From IMG/VR virus record IMGVR_UViG_3300023053_000001, positions 96,001 to 160,000 of that record: a stretch of 64,000 nt of DNA; one strand, given 5' to 3'. This document shows, in pieces, positions 1 to 9,114 of this stretch. The first letter of the stretch is position 1, and every line of letters begins with the position of its first letter. Source of the stretch: a virus. Lineage: Duplodnaviria; Caudoviricetes. The notes under the pieces are model-generated. The model was not told the DNA's origin. It worked only from the letters and a program-made list of their open reading frames with translations, and did not search any database. The translations under genes were made by a program, and so were the position numbers.

Positions 1-709
1 TGTAGTTGTGCTGCAATGCACCGACCACCACACACTCACCGCGACGCAGGCCGTCATGATCGCCCATCATGCGATTCATGCCCTGCCAACCCATCTTCAT
101 GATGCCCTCGGTGGAGATCTCCTCCTGGGCCATGCGGATCAGTTGAGCGGTGCCCTCAATGTCGTTGAGGTTGATCTCTGCCAGCATGCCTTCCACGCGC
201 TGACCTTCCGCGGTGGAGCCGTAGGTTTCAAACTGACCCATCAACTCACGAGAGAAGGCGCGGACATCAAAACCATCATGTGAGAAGAAAGCCTGCTGGT
301 AATACTTCTTGATCAGCGCCTTGACGGCGACCGTATCGATATGGTTGCGCAACTCACCGCGCAACAGCAGCGTCTGCATCTTCAGATGCTCACTGGTCTC
401 TTCAACGGTCAGTCCGTCTTCGCAGGCGAGGTAGATGTGCTCATCCTCACCCACATTGACACGTATCCTTTGAAGCAACGCACTGCGATCCAGTGCCTCC
501 CCTGTCGGCAGATCTGCCATCCACAGGGCGGTGGCACGAAGGGAATGAATCGCTTCACGACCACGATCGAACTCACCGCCGGTGTCCGGCAGCTTGATAG
601 TCCCCACAGCCATCTTGACCACGTCGGTCGAGCGGCCACCCGGGTCCTTCAGCTGATGCTCCTTGTAGAGCAGCGTGATAACTTTGACGAGTAGAAGTTT
701 CGGGTCCAT
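1..709 (-). CDS. dnaB: Replicative DnaB-type helicase, N-terminal part (phiKZ gp118-like); runs off the left edge
   Basis: Missing from the ORF track because it has no stop in the window. Manual translation from the ATG at 709 gives MDPKLLLVKVITLLYKEHQL...GWQGMNRMMGDHDGLRRGECVVVGALQHNY, which ends at the jumbo-phage DnaB Walker-A lead-in. It is divergent from the capsid locus, as in phiKZ. Confidence 0.85.
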   Translation of the reverse strand, partial: MDPKLLLVKVITLLYKEHQLKDPGGRSTDVVKMAVGTIKLPDTGGEFDRGREAIHSLRATALWMADLPTGEALDRSALLQRIRVNVGEDEHIYLACEDGLTVEETSEHLKMQTLLLRGELRNHIDTVAVKALIKKYYQQAFFSHDGFDVRAFSRELMGQFETYGSTAEGQRVEGMLAEINLNDIEGTAQLIRMAQEEISTEGIMKMGWQGMNRMMGDHDGLRRGECVVVGALQHNY

Positions 710-736
710 CAATTTCCGCCTAAAAGGGTTTACGCC

Positions 737-1282
737 ATGAAATACGTGTACATTCCCGAGTCGATGGTGCCTGCGCTGCGAGCGGCGGGCCTGACGCTTA
801 CGGGGGCCGAGGATGTGAAGAAGTTGACTTCGGTCGATTTCCTCGCTGGCATACTATCGCCAGCTGACGTCGCTTTTTACTGGTACGCCAATATGTACAA
901 CGCCACCTACATCCCGCTGCCGATCACGGCATCGCTGGAGTCGGCGGTGAAGGAAGTGTTGGACCCCACCTCCGCTGTCAACGCAACCGATGCCCGCTGG
1001 GCGGCCATCCGTGCCAAATTCCAGGACTACGTGCTCAACGAGAGCGCGCCGTTCGTGCCCTTGGAGGGCAAGCGCCTGTTCGTGTCGCTGCTGGATGAAA
1101 ACACGATCCTGCTCACTCACGTTGACGGAGCAGTTGAATCCGAGCGTGATATGTATGACCGCGTCATCCGTACGCTGCACGCGCTCATCCCTTTCGAGGC
1201 CCTCGCCAACTTCCCACTGTTCGGCGCGTACCTCACTGCAACTCAGACTGCTCTTCATGATGAGTCTGCACAAACCCCGTAA
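737..1282 (+). CDS. Hypothetical protein between helicase and major capsid gene (position of phiKZ gp119)
   Basis: 181-aa ORF with phage-like codon use and an AAGGG RBS-like sequence upstream. No recognised motif; assignment is by position only. Confidence 0.65.
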   Translation: MKYVYIPESMVPALRAAGLTLTGAEDVKKLTSVDFLAGILSPADVAFYWYANMYNATYIPLPITASLESAVKEVLDPTSAVNATDARWAAIRAKFQDYVLNESAPFVPLEGKRLFVSLLDENTILLTHVDGAVESERDMYDRVIRTLHALIPFEALANFPLFGAYLTATQTALHDESAQTP

Positions 1283-1502
1283 TTAGGTATAATGATTTGG
1301 TAGATGTGATTCTACCCTTTCAGTTTTGGCGGCATGGTGGTCTCACCTGAAACCAGGACGTTCCTAGTTATATGGTTTGTGGGTAAAGTCGACTCAGCGT
1401 ATTTGGGTTCGACCTACTGCTGTGTAGAAATACTATAGCGGTCAGCGTCAATCTGGATCGCTGCCCACGGATCTTCAACACCCTTCGAAGGAAATATTTC
1501 CC

Positions 1503-3731
1503 ATGTGGAACCATCAGAACAAGCAGCGCAGCGCGCACACTGCTTTCGCGTCCAATGTCAAGTCCCTGACCGGCCAGGCCGGCTCCGCCCTGGTCAACGC
1601 CGATGACACCGCCGGCCTGCTCTCGTTCGAGTCGATGTCCGGCGAACGCCAGGAAAGCGTCAAGCAGACCCTGAGCGACGTCCAGTCCAAGATGAAGGGC
1701 TTCCTCTCCGGCATGGTCGGCGACGCCGGCCTCGGTTTCGAAGGCTTCGGCGGCAAGACCCCGGCCGAGCAGGACGCCCGTCTGGACATCGCTGCCCAGG
1801 CAGCCGCCGTGGTCGTGATGGCCGCCGGTGACGTCACCGGTTACGCCCGCAAGGCCTACACCGTCGAGCAGCACGAGAAGGGCGTCAACCGCCTGATCGG
1901 CTTCGACAGCGCCGGCACCGACCACCGCCTGGAGACCGCCTTCGAGGCGTTCGACAGCAAGGAACTGACCAACCACCTGCCGTACTCGGCCACCTTCGCA
2001 GCCTTCGGCTCGCGCCAGGACGAGTTCTGCGAAACCTTCTTCAACACCGCGGTCGTGACCCCGGACCAGGCCGGCCTGGACATCGAGATCACCATCCCGA
2101 AGGTGTTCACCAACAGCACCCACCCGACCAACGGCAACCCGACCAACTTCGACAAGAAGAACCTGATCGACGCCGTGGTGGACGCCTCCATCCTGAAGGA
2201 TCACGCCACCCGCCTGATCCCGCATGCCAACCCGGACAACAGCAACGCCGACAAGTTCGTGCCGGTGGCCAACCACGCCAGCGTGTTCGAGCGTCAGCAG
2301 GGCTTCGACATCCCGACCCGTCCGCTGAAGGCCGGCGTCGACATCGGCCTGATCGGCGTTGCCGCGTACGCCCCGATCCTGGCTGGCGGCGTGCTGTCCA
2401 ACACCGACGCCGTCGATGCTTCGATCGAGCTGGAATCGGTGTGGCTGGCCTTCGACGCCACCACCCCGGCGATCGGCTTCGACACCAGCTACATGCCGCG
2501 CAACCGCTTCACCAAGACCGTGGAAGGCAACTTCAAGGCCATGCAGCTGACCTTCAGCTCGCGTGACCTGGTCATCGATGGCACGAAGAAGAACTCGGCC
2601 AACCTGGTGCCGGCGCAGTTCCAGGCGATCATCGACAACGAGTGGAAGGTCTACCTGAAGGTCCAGGTGCACGGCGAGTTCAACGTCGAGTTCGGCTCGG
2701 TGAACCTGACCGGCTTCCCGGTCAAGGTCGACCTGATCCAGACCAAGGCTGGCGTGAGCATCGGCCTGACCGACGGCGTGGGCAAGACCCTGGTCGACGC
2801 CCTGGAAGAGCTGTACGTGGCCGGCTACACCCTGAAGGCCAACCGTACCAACTCGAACCTGCGTACCCGCGGCCACGTGGTCGACGTCACCGTCGAGCGC
2901 GAGCGTCACACCCTGCCCCTGGGTTCGCCGATCACCTTCCCGAGCCCGGTGCATGAAACCAATCGCGATGGCGACATCAAGATTGCGATCAACGCATCGC
3001 GCATCCGCAACAGCAACCTGGGCGTCACCGTCCTGCTGACCTACGCGGATACCCTGGAGAAGGTCGTCAAGGGTCCGAAGCGCGACGACGGCGTCGTGCC
3101 GGCCATCGCCGGTGCCGCCCGCTGGGTGGTGCAGCCGTGGTTCGAGCGTCGCAAGCTCGACGTCTCGGCCAGCATGACCTCCGAGAAGTCGATCGAACGT
3201 GCCGGCGACATCGCGCTGACCCTGGTCAACGCCATCCGCGACATGGCCTACCGCGCCTACCGCGACTCGCGCTACCAGGCTGCCCTGGACGCCGCGTCGC
3301 AGGGTTCGGGTGAGAAGCCGACCCTGATCATCGGTACCGACAGCATCATCGAGCGTCACCTGATGCTGGCCGGCGACGACCGTACCTTCGGTACCGTCTT
3401 CGAGAAGTTCAAGATCGTCTCCTCGCAGGACAGCCGCGTCTACGGCAAGATCTTCATCACCTTCAGCCGCGGTTCCAGCGATCCGTCCGACGTCCTGTCG
3501 TTCGGTACCCACGCCTGGATGCCGGAACTGACCGGTGCTCTGCCGATCAACCGTGCTGGCGCGACCTACCACGAAGCGATGGTGCAGCCGCGCAACCTGC
3601 ACGTGCCGAAGCTGCCGATCCTGGGCATCATCGAAGTCGCCGGTCTGTCGAAGGCGCTGGTCGAGAAGACCCCGGTCCTCATGGTCGGCCCGTCCGACAT
3701 CGTCAACCCGTGGCTGCCGGTCGTTCCGTGA
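1503..3731 (+). CDS. Major capsid protein (phiKZ gp120-like)
   Basis: 742 aa with extreme GC3 bias (high expression) and an AAGGA RBS. Recognisable segments include SFES/AFEAF, QDEFCETFF, TNSNLRTRG and MVQPRNLHVPKLPILG. It lies between DnaB and an RNAP subunit and is followed by a hairpin. Confidence 0.92.
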   Translation: MWNHQNKQRSAHTAFASNVKSLTGQAGSALVNADDTAGLLSFESMSGERQESVKQTLSDVQSKMKGFLSGMVGDAGLGFEGFGGKTPAEQDARLDIAAQAAAVVVMAAGDVTGYARKAYTVEQHEKGVNRLIGFDSAGTDHRLETAFEAFDSKELTNHLPYSATFAAFGSRQDEFCETFFNTAVVTPDQAGLDIEITIPKVFTNSTHPTNGNPTNFDKKNLIDAVVDASILKDHATRLIPHANPDNSNADKFVPVANHASVFERQQGFDIPTRPLKAGVDIGLIGVAAYAPILAGGVLSNTDAVDASIELESVWLAFDATTPAIGFDTSYMPRNRFTKTVEGNFKAMQLTFSSRDLVIDGTKKNSANLVPAQFQAIIDNEWKVYLKVQVHGEFNVEFGSVNLTGFPVKVDLIQTKAGVSIGLTDGVGKTLVDALEELYVAGYTLKANRTNSNLRTRGHVVDVTVERERHTLPLGSPITFPSPVHETNRDGDIKIAINASRIRNSNLGVTVLLTYADTLEKVVKGPKRDDGVVPAIAGAARWVVQPWFERRKLDVSASMTSEKSIERAGDIALTLVNAIRDMAYRAYRDSRYQAALDAASQGSGEKPTLIIGTDSIIERHLMLAGDDRTFGTVFEKFKIVSSQDSRVYGKIFITFSRGSSDPSDVLSFGTHAWMPELTGALPINRAGATYHEAMVQPRNLHVPKLPILGIIEVAGLSKALVEKTPVLMVGPSDIVNPWLPVVP

Positions 3732-3832
3732 AAACGCGAACGTCTCGCCGAGGTGGTTGCTAACACCGTACTGCCGGGGCTTACGTACCCGTAAGGAAAG
3801 TGAAAGCACATCTCACGGATGACGTGTAACAA

Positions 3833-3871
3833 GCATAGGCCCACACCCCTCCGGGGGTGTGGGCTTTATGC
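3833..3871. terminator. GCATA...TATGC hairpin (putative terminator) after the capsid gene
   Basis: GCCCACACCCC/GGGGTGTGGGC stem flanked by GCATA and TTTATGC. Confidence 0.75.
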
Positions 3872-3944
3872 CGTCTATTTGAAAGGTATTTCAGACATAC
3901 ATCATCCAAGAGTAACTCCTGAAAGTGCAACAACGGTACTCACC

Positions 3945-5129
3945 ATGAATCCATCTTCTCGCGCTACTGAATTTGTCCCAAGCGCGATTGAGCTTGGTGC
4001 CAGATCAGAGAACCTGAGAATCACTCCCCAGTCGATCACCTCGATCCAGATCTTCAATGGTCTGGGTCGGCCGGTGTGTGCGGCATTCCGGACCGGAATC
4101 CGCCAGCAGATCCCCAACCTGATCACGGCCTCTCGCCAGGCCGTTCTCATCCGGTTGTCCTATTACACTCACCACGGAGTAAATGTTGACACAGCACTCC
4201 TATTGAATGACGATGGAAGCGAGGGGTCGAAAAGCAGTCAGCTGCTGCATGCTGCACAAGCCAGAAAGCTCACCGAGTACCAATCCGGTGTAGGCCATAT
4301 GGACGTTGCGCATGTGGACTACTTTGTCTCATTGGCTGATTTCCAGGCCAGCGGTTCATCGATCTACATTGATGAGCTGGACATTGTCCTCAGTCTGAAT
4401 AGCATCGACCAAACGCCTTTCCATCCTCACTCCCTCCACGGAGTGAGAGATCGACTTATGCCGTCTCCCATGGATGAGCTGGGGCAGGCTTTCAACTACA
4501 GGGTGGAAATCCACGATTGCGATGGTGTGTTCGGCGATCGGTTTGTGAATGTAGGTGGGGAAGTGTTCCCGATTAAGCGTCGGACTGACCAGCGTGGTCG
4601 GGCAGGCGTTTACGTGATCAGTTCCTACCCGTCCAACACCATCACCGGAGTCACCAGCCAGCGTGCTCGACATTACACCTTCATCGAGGCCGACGCTAAG
4701 CTCCATCTGTATCACAGTGCCCTAGAGGCGCAAACCCATGGCAATCCCAGTGACGTGTACAAGCGGGAACTGGAAACCATTGCCCATCAGAACAAGCTGG
4801 ATGAGAATCGAATGAAGGCAGAGGCCCGGCAACAGGCAGCTGACCTCGAGGATCGTAAGCGCATATGGGAACGGGAGAGGGAAGAGGCAAAGCAGGACCA
4901 GCTCCGTGAGGAGCGTAGACTGCGTGAACGCGCAGCAGAGCTGGATGCTCTAGCCAACAATTACCGCTTGCAGGAACATCAGCTCAAGGTTGATAAACTG
5001 TATCGCACGGAAATGTACGAGCAACGCTCTGACCAACGTAAGAACTGGTCTGAGTCGCTCAAGCTTTTCCCGGTGTTGCTAACTCTGGTGGCGGCCGGAA
5101 TTGCAGCATACAAGAAATTCTCTGACTAA
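3945..5129 (+). CDS. Hypothetical protein with C-terminal coiled coil and terminal hydrophobic anchor (position of phiKZ gp122)
   Basis: Start moved from 3819 to the ATG at 3945 because the upstream codons run through the terminator. It has an E/R/K-rich heptad region and ends LFPVLLTLVAAGIAAYKKFSD. Confidence 0.7.
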   Translation: MNPSSRATEFVPSAIELGARSENLRITPQSITSIQIFNGLGRPVCAAFRTGIRQQIPNLITASRQAVLIRLSYYTHHGVNVDTALLLNDDGSEGSKSSQLLHAAQARKLTEYQSGVGHMDVAHVDYFVSLADFQASGSSIYIDELDIVLSLNSIDQTPFHPHSLHGVRDRLMPSPMDELGQAFNYRVEIHDCDGVFGDRFVNVGGEVFPIKRRTDQRGRAGVYVISSYPSNTITGVTSQRARHYTFIEADAKLHLYHSALEAQTHGNPSDVYKRELETIAHQNKLDENRMKAEARQQAADLEDRKRIWEREREEAKQDQLREERRLRERAAELDALANNYRLQEHQLKVDKLYRTEMYEQRSDQRKNWSESLKLFPVLLTLVAAGIAAYKKFSD

Positions 5130-5148
5130 AGTCGGCGAGGACTTATTT

Positions 5149-6783
5149 GTGGACAAACGTCTTTTTGATCTGGTTCATCAGCGCACGCCCAAGTTCAACG
5201 ACCGAATCGCTGAGGGCTATGCAGTCAAGGCCATGCGTTTCGTCGAAGACAGCGTGAATCGCTACTTCGAAACAGCTGCCGCGGAGTTTCCGCCGGAGCT
5301 GACGTATGAGGGGTACGATCGTCGTACCCCGTTCGAAGAGTACAACGAAGTTACCAAGCGCATCACCAAGCAGCAGAGCAACACCACGCGCAGTACGTTC
5401 GAACTGGCCCCCAGCTGGCTGTACATGGTGGTCTACAAGTTCAAGTTCAACGGCGAAGACATGGAGCTGCGTCCGCTGTACCTGCCGTTCGTCGGTCAGG
5501 CCGGCACCATCGTCTTGCGTGGTAGTACGTTCAGCATCTGCCCGGTTGCAGCCGACAACGGTTTCAGCGTCGGACCGGACAACCTGTACATCCCGCTGAA
5601 CAAGCTCAAGCTCACCTTCAAGCGCATTCCGCATCACTTCCTCAAGGACGGTGAACGCGAGACGGCGCAGGTGGTGTGGGCCCGTGTGCATCAGGCGTCC
5701 CCGCCTAAGGGATTCCGTATGATGGTCCAGGGTCACACCACCATCCCGCATTACATCTTCGCCGAGTACGGTGTGCGTGAAGCATTCCGTCGCTATCTCG
5801 GCGCTGAGGTGGATGTGGGAGATCCCTTGGCCATCAACGAGAACACCCATCCTGCCAGTGAGTGGATCATCTGCTCCACCCAGCACTCTGCGATGCTGCG
5901 CCCGCGCGGTGTCAAGGACAAGGCGTACGTGGCCAGCAACATCCGTCTGGCCATCCGTAAGGAGCATTACAACCTCACGGCACGGGAGATGATCGGTGGG
6001 TTCTTCTACGTGGTGGATCACTTCCCGGATCGGGTACTGCCCGATTACGTGGACCAGCCGCGCCTGTGGGCCAACCTGATCGGGTCGTTCCTGTTCGGTA
6101 CGAGCAAGAGCGAAGGCAAGATCGCTGAAGAGATGATGCATCACATGGCCTCGGTGCGAGGCTATACCGATGCCGAGAGCCGCCTGTCCTTCCAGACCGC
6201 CGGCATCGAAGCTGAAACCATCCACGACTTCTTCTTCCATGTGGTCGAGTCGTTCAACCAGCGCATCACCCAGTCGCAAAGCGATGTGTCCAGCCTGTAT
6301 GGAAAGCGCCTGATGGTGCTGTACTACGTGCTCAAGGACATTCGTGAAGCGATCAACAGCTTCACCCTGAAGGTCGTGTCGCCTCGCAAGAAGCCGCTGA
6401 CCAAGAAGGACATGGAGAAGATGCTGCGTGACTACATCAAGCCCCTGTTGATCATGGGCCTGAACAAGGAACACGTGGAGGTCAACTCCGTGGCGGTGCC
6501 TGGGGACAACATGATCCCCAAGATCACCAGCCAGATGGCGCTGCAGACCGACACTCGCATGGGTCGCGGTCGTGGCGGTGGGTCGGTCAACGATGCCACC
6601 AAGCACTTGCACGTTTCGGTTGCCGAAGTCGGCAGCTACTCGACCATGAACAAGTCCGATGCCACCGGACGTCGCAAGATCAATCCCTTCGCTAAGACGG
6701 ATGAGAACGACACCATCATCCGCAACCCTGCACTCGTGGAAATGCTCGACGAAGTCCAAGGCAAAATCCAGCGTCGTCAGTAA
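5149..6783 (+). CDS. Non-virion RNA polymerase beta-subunit fragment (phiKZ gp123-like)
   Basis: GTG start with a GAGGA RBS. Motifs PLYLPFV...GSTFSICPV, GKRLMVLYYVL and HVSVAEVGSY...KSDATGRRKINPF match the split beta subunit. Synteny with the capsid gene agrees. Confidence 0.8.
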   Translation: MDKRLFDLVHQRTPKFNDRIAEGYAVKAMRFVEDSVNRYFETAAAEFPPELTYEGYDRRTPFEEYNEVTKRITKQQSNTTRSTFELAPSWLYMVVYKFKFNGEDMELRPLYLPFVGQAGTIVLRGSTFSICPVAADNGFSVGPDNLYIPLNKLKLTFKRIPHHFLKDGERETAQVVWARVHQASPPKGFRMMVQGHTTIPHYIFAEYGVREAFRRYLGAEVDVGDPLAINENTHPASEWIICSTQHSAMLRPRGVKDKAYVASNIRLAIRKEHYNLTAREMIGGFFYVVDHFPDRVLPDYVDQPRLWANLIGSFLFGTSKSEGKIAEEMMHHMASVRGYTDAESRLSFQTAGIEAETIHDFFFHVVESFNQRITQSQSDVSSLYGKRLMVLYYVLKDIREAINSFTLKVVSPRKKPLTKKDMEKMLRDYIKPLLIMGLNKEHVEVNSVAVPGDNMIPKITSQMALQTDTRMGRGRGGGSVNDATKHLHVSVAEVGSYSTMNKSDATGRRKINPFAKTDENDTIIRNPALVEMLDEVQGKIQRRQ

Positions 6784-6810
6784 TCCACCAATCTTGTCCC
6801 CGGAGAAATC

Positions 6811-9045
6811 ATGTCCGCTTATTCCCAAGCACCCGGCCAGTTGCCTTATCAGCCGGCCGTTGTCCTTCGCTCCAACGTCAGTCCGCAGTTCCAGCAGTTC
6901 ATTCCCATCATCAACGGGTATGCGCAGCTGGAAGTGCTCAACAGCGCCCAGCGGACGCCGTTGCGGGGCATCTACGCACAGCAGGTCAGCCAGAACAACT
7001 GGCAGAACCCGATGTACCAGATGTTGGTCAATGCCGTCGGTCAGCTCGGCGAGATGTTGCACCGTACCCGCAACGTCCAGCCCGAGCAGGCCATCCAGGC
7101 AGCAGCCGGTGAAATCGTAGCCTGTTTGGTTGCGGTCTTCGCGGTCGAGAACTCGCAGCAGCTGGGCCAGTACCTGCAGTCCCAAGAAGCACGGCAGCAG
7201 GTCAATGCGCTGGTGACCAAGTTCCAGCAGTACGATCGCGAGATCACCGCCTTCTTCAATGGCGGTATGGCTGCACCGGTCCAGACGCCGCAGCAGATCT
7301 ACGGTCAGGCAGCCTACGGCGGTGGTGGGTACCAGAACGCCGGTTACACGGGCGTCAGCATGCCCTCCGGCCCCAATCCGCTGTTGGCCGGTACGACCAA
7401 GCATGCGGCTGCACAGGTCTTCCCGGATGCGTCCGTGGGTGTGCCCACGGCCACCAGCACCATGGGTCTGGGTAGCTTGACCATGGGCATGAAGAGCGGC
7501 GATGCCAATGCCGGTTCGCCGGCTGGACTGAAGGAGCTGTTCCACATGGATTCGCTGGGCACCCAGCACCATGAAACGCCGCCGGACGTCAAGCCGTTGA
7601 ACATCCCGGCTATGAACCATGCCGCAAACCTGGCCCCGGCCAACGCAGCCTTCAAGCTGCAGGAAATCGGCCTGCCCGATGCAGCGCCGAGCTTGCCGGA
7701 AGTTCCGGCAGAACCGGTGAACGTCCAGCCCCTGCCGCTGAACGAAGTTGCAGACTCGCCGGTGGACACCGGTTGGGTGACGTTGGATGACACCCTGGAC
7801 TGGCCGAAGGTGCGCGATCGCAATCGGCCGTTCGACGCCATGCTGTTGGAAGATGGTACGGAAATCCGTCCCTACTTCCTGGCTGGCGACTGGAAGGTGA
7901 AGTTCGATGCTGAGCATCCCTTCCTCCGTGCGTACGATCCGATCACGCATGTGCGCATGCTGCGGAAGGATCGTGAAGGCAAGATCACCGAAGAACTGGT
8001 CACGAGGAAAGAAGAGATGAACTACGAGGACCATGAGCTGAACTCGGCGGACCGTGCGGCCTACGACAAGGCTCGTCGTCGCGACGAACTTCGTCCGGTG
8101 GACATGTCGGTCATCAGCAAGTTGCAGCCGGTTCCCGAATCGCCGCTGTCCACCCAGCTGCTGCCGGTTGAAGGCGAAGCCGTCAATCCGGAAGAGGTGG
8201 TCGAGGTCAAGCCGGTGGTGGGTCTGGACAAGGCCATCATCGTCAAGGAAATGACCGACTCCCACAACAAGCTGCGGGTGGAGCTGTCCAAGAACGGCGT
8301 CGAGCGCGATTCCAACGCCGCCTTCGAGTATTACGTTGATGTGGTCAATGCTCGCCTGGTGACCCAGGACGATCTGGCCGTCATCGAACTGATGCTCGAA
8401 TGCGAAAGCCTGGAAGGGGTCGTGGACCTGCAGTCCCGCATCGGCGAGGACAAGCTGGCCAACGTGCTGGATGATCGCCTGACCGCAGCGGTCAACGACG
8501 CCCTGCACAAGAACCTGGGCTTCACCCAGTGGACCATCTCCAGCTTCGGTGAGGACTACCTCAACCTCATCACCGAGCTGAACGCTGAAGGCTACGAAGT
8601 CGTGGCCGAACGCCTGCAGAACTACGCAGAAGAGATCGCCACCCGGGCCCTGCAGTTCAGCACGCAGGACGAAGTCATGACCTTCGGCAAGAACGCGCTG
8701 GGGATCACTGACGATGATCTGAAGGGCACCGATCTGAAGGTACTGTGCCTGACCGAGCGCAACTCGGTTACGGTCTTGCCGTGGACGATGTCCCAGCTGC
8801 GGGTCCATCTGGAACCGGGCATCGCTTCGCTGGTGCCGGAAAGCACCCTGCCGAAGTTGCACGAAATGCTGACGGCGATCCTGACCCGTACGGTGGACGT
8901 GCCCAAGCTGTACAACCATCGCTACCTGCTCACCCGCAATGATGAAGTGCTGGGTGGTTCGGAGCTGCTGGAAATCTACCGGGGTTACTACGTCGACGAT
9001 GCCATTCTGCTCGGCTTCTCGACGACTCCGGCTGACAGCGTGTAA
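6811..9045 (+). CDS. Conserved jumbo-phage hypothetical protein with Q-rich N-terminus and acidic C-half
   Basis: 744-aa ORF with a GGAG RBS and strong codon bias. No catalytic motif recognised. Confidence 0.7.
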   Translation: MSAYSQAPGQLPYQPAVVLRSNVSPQFQQFIPIINGYAQLEVLNSAQRTPLRGIYAQQVSQNNWQNPMYQMLVNAVGQLGEMLHRTRNVQPEQAIQAAAGEIVACLVAVFAVENSQQLGQYLQSQEARQQVNALVTKFQQYDREITAFFNGGMAAPVQTPQQIYGQAAYGGGGYQNAGYTGVSMPSGPNPLLAGTTKHAAAQVFPDASVGVPTATSTMGLGSLTMGMKSGDANAGSPAGLKELFHMDSLGTQHHETPPDVKPLNIPAMNHAANLAPANAAFKLQEIGLPDAAPSLPEVPAEPVNVQPLPLNEVADSPVDTGWVTLDDTLDWPKVRDRNRPFDAMLLEDGTEIRPYFLAGDWKVKFDAEHPFLRAYDPITHVRMLRKDREGKITEELVTRKEEMNYEDHELNSADRAAYDKARRRDELRPVDMSVISKLQPVPESPLSTQLLPVEGEAVNPEEVVEVKPVVGLDKAIIVKEMTDSHNKLRVELSKNGVERDSNAAFEYYVDVVNARLVTQDDLAVIELMLECESLEGVVDLQSRIGEDKLANVLDDRLTAAVNDALHKNLGFTQWTISSFGEDYLNLITELNAEGYEVVAERLQNYAEEIATRALQFSTQDEVMTFGKNALGITDDDLKGTDLKVLCLTERNSVTVLPWTMSQLRVHLEPGIASLVPESTLPKLHEMLTAILTRTVDVPKLYNHRYLLTRNDEVLGGSELLEIYRGYYVDDAILLGFSTTPADSV

Positions 9046-9051
9046 GGGGAC

Positions 9052-9112
9052 GGCACATGGACTACCACCGGGCATTGCGCCCGGTGGTAGTCTTGTGTCT
9101 TTTCTTTTTGCC
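9052..9112. terminator. Bidirectional terminator between convergent genes
   Basis: GACTACCACCGGGC/GCCCGGTGGTAGTC stem followed by a T-rich run. Confidence 0.85.
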
Positions 9113-9114
9113 CT

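Noticed and set aside
1330-1425. tRNA-like GGTTCGAC motif in the capsid leader
   Set aside because: It forms only a 4-bp hairpin, with no acceptor stem, D arm or anticodon arm.
6781-6813. RNAP subunit and the next gene are in the same frame with no stop between them, suggesting a readthrough fusion
   Set aside because: The stop is a strong TAA, the downstream gene has its own GGAG RBS and ATG, and a shared frame occurs by chance one time in three.
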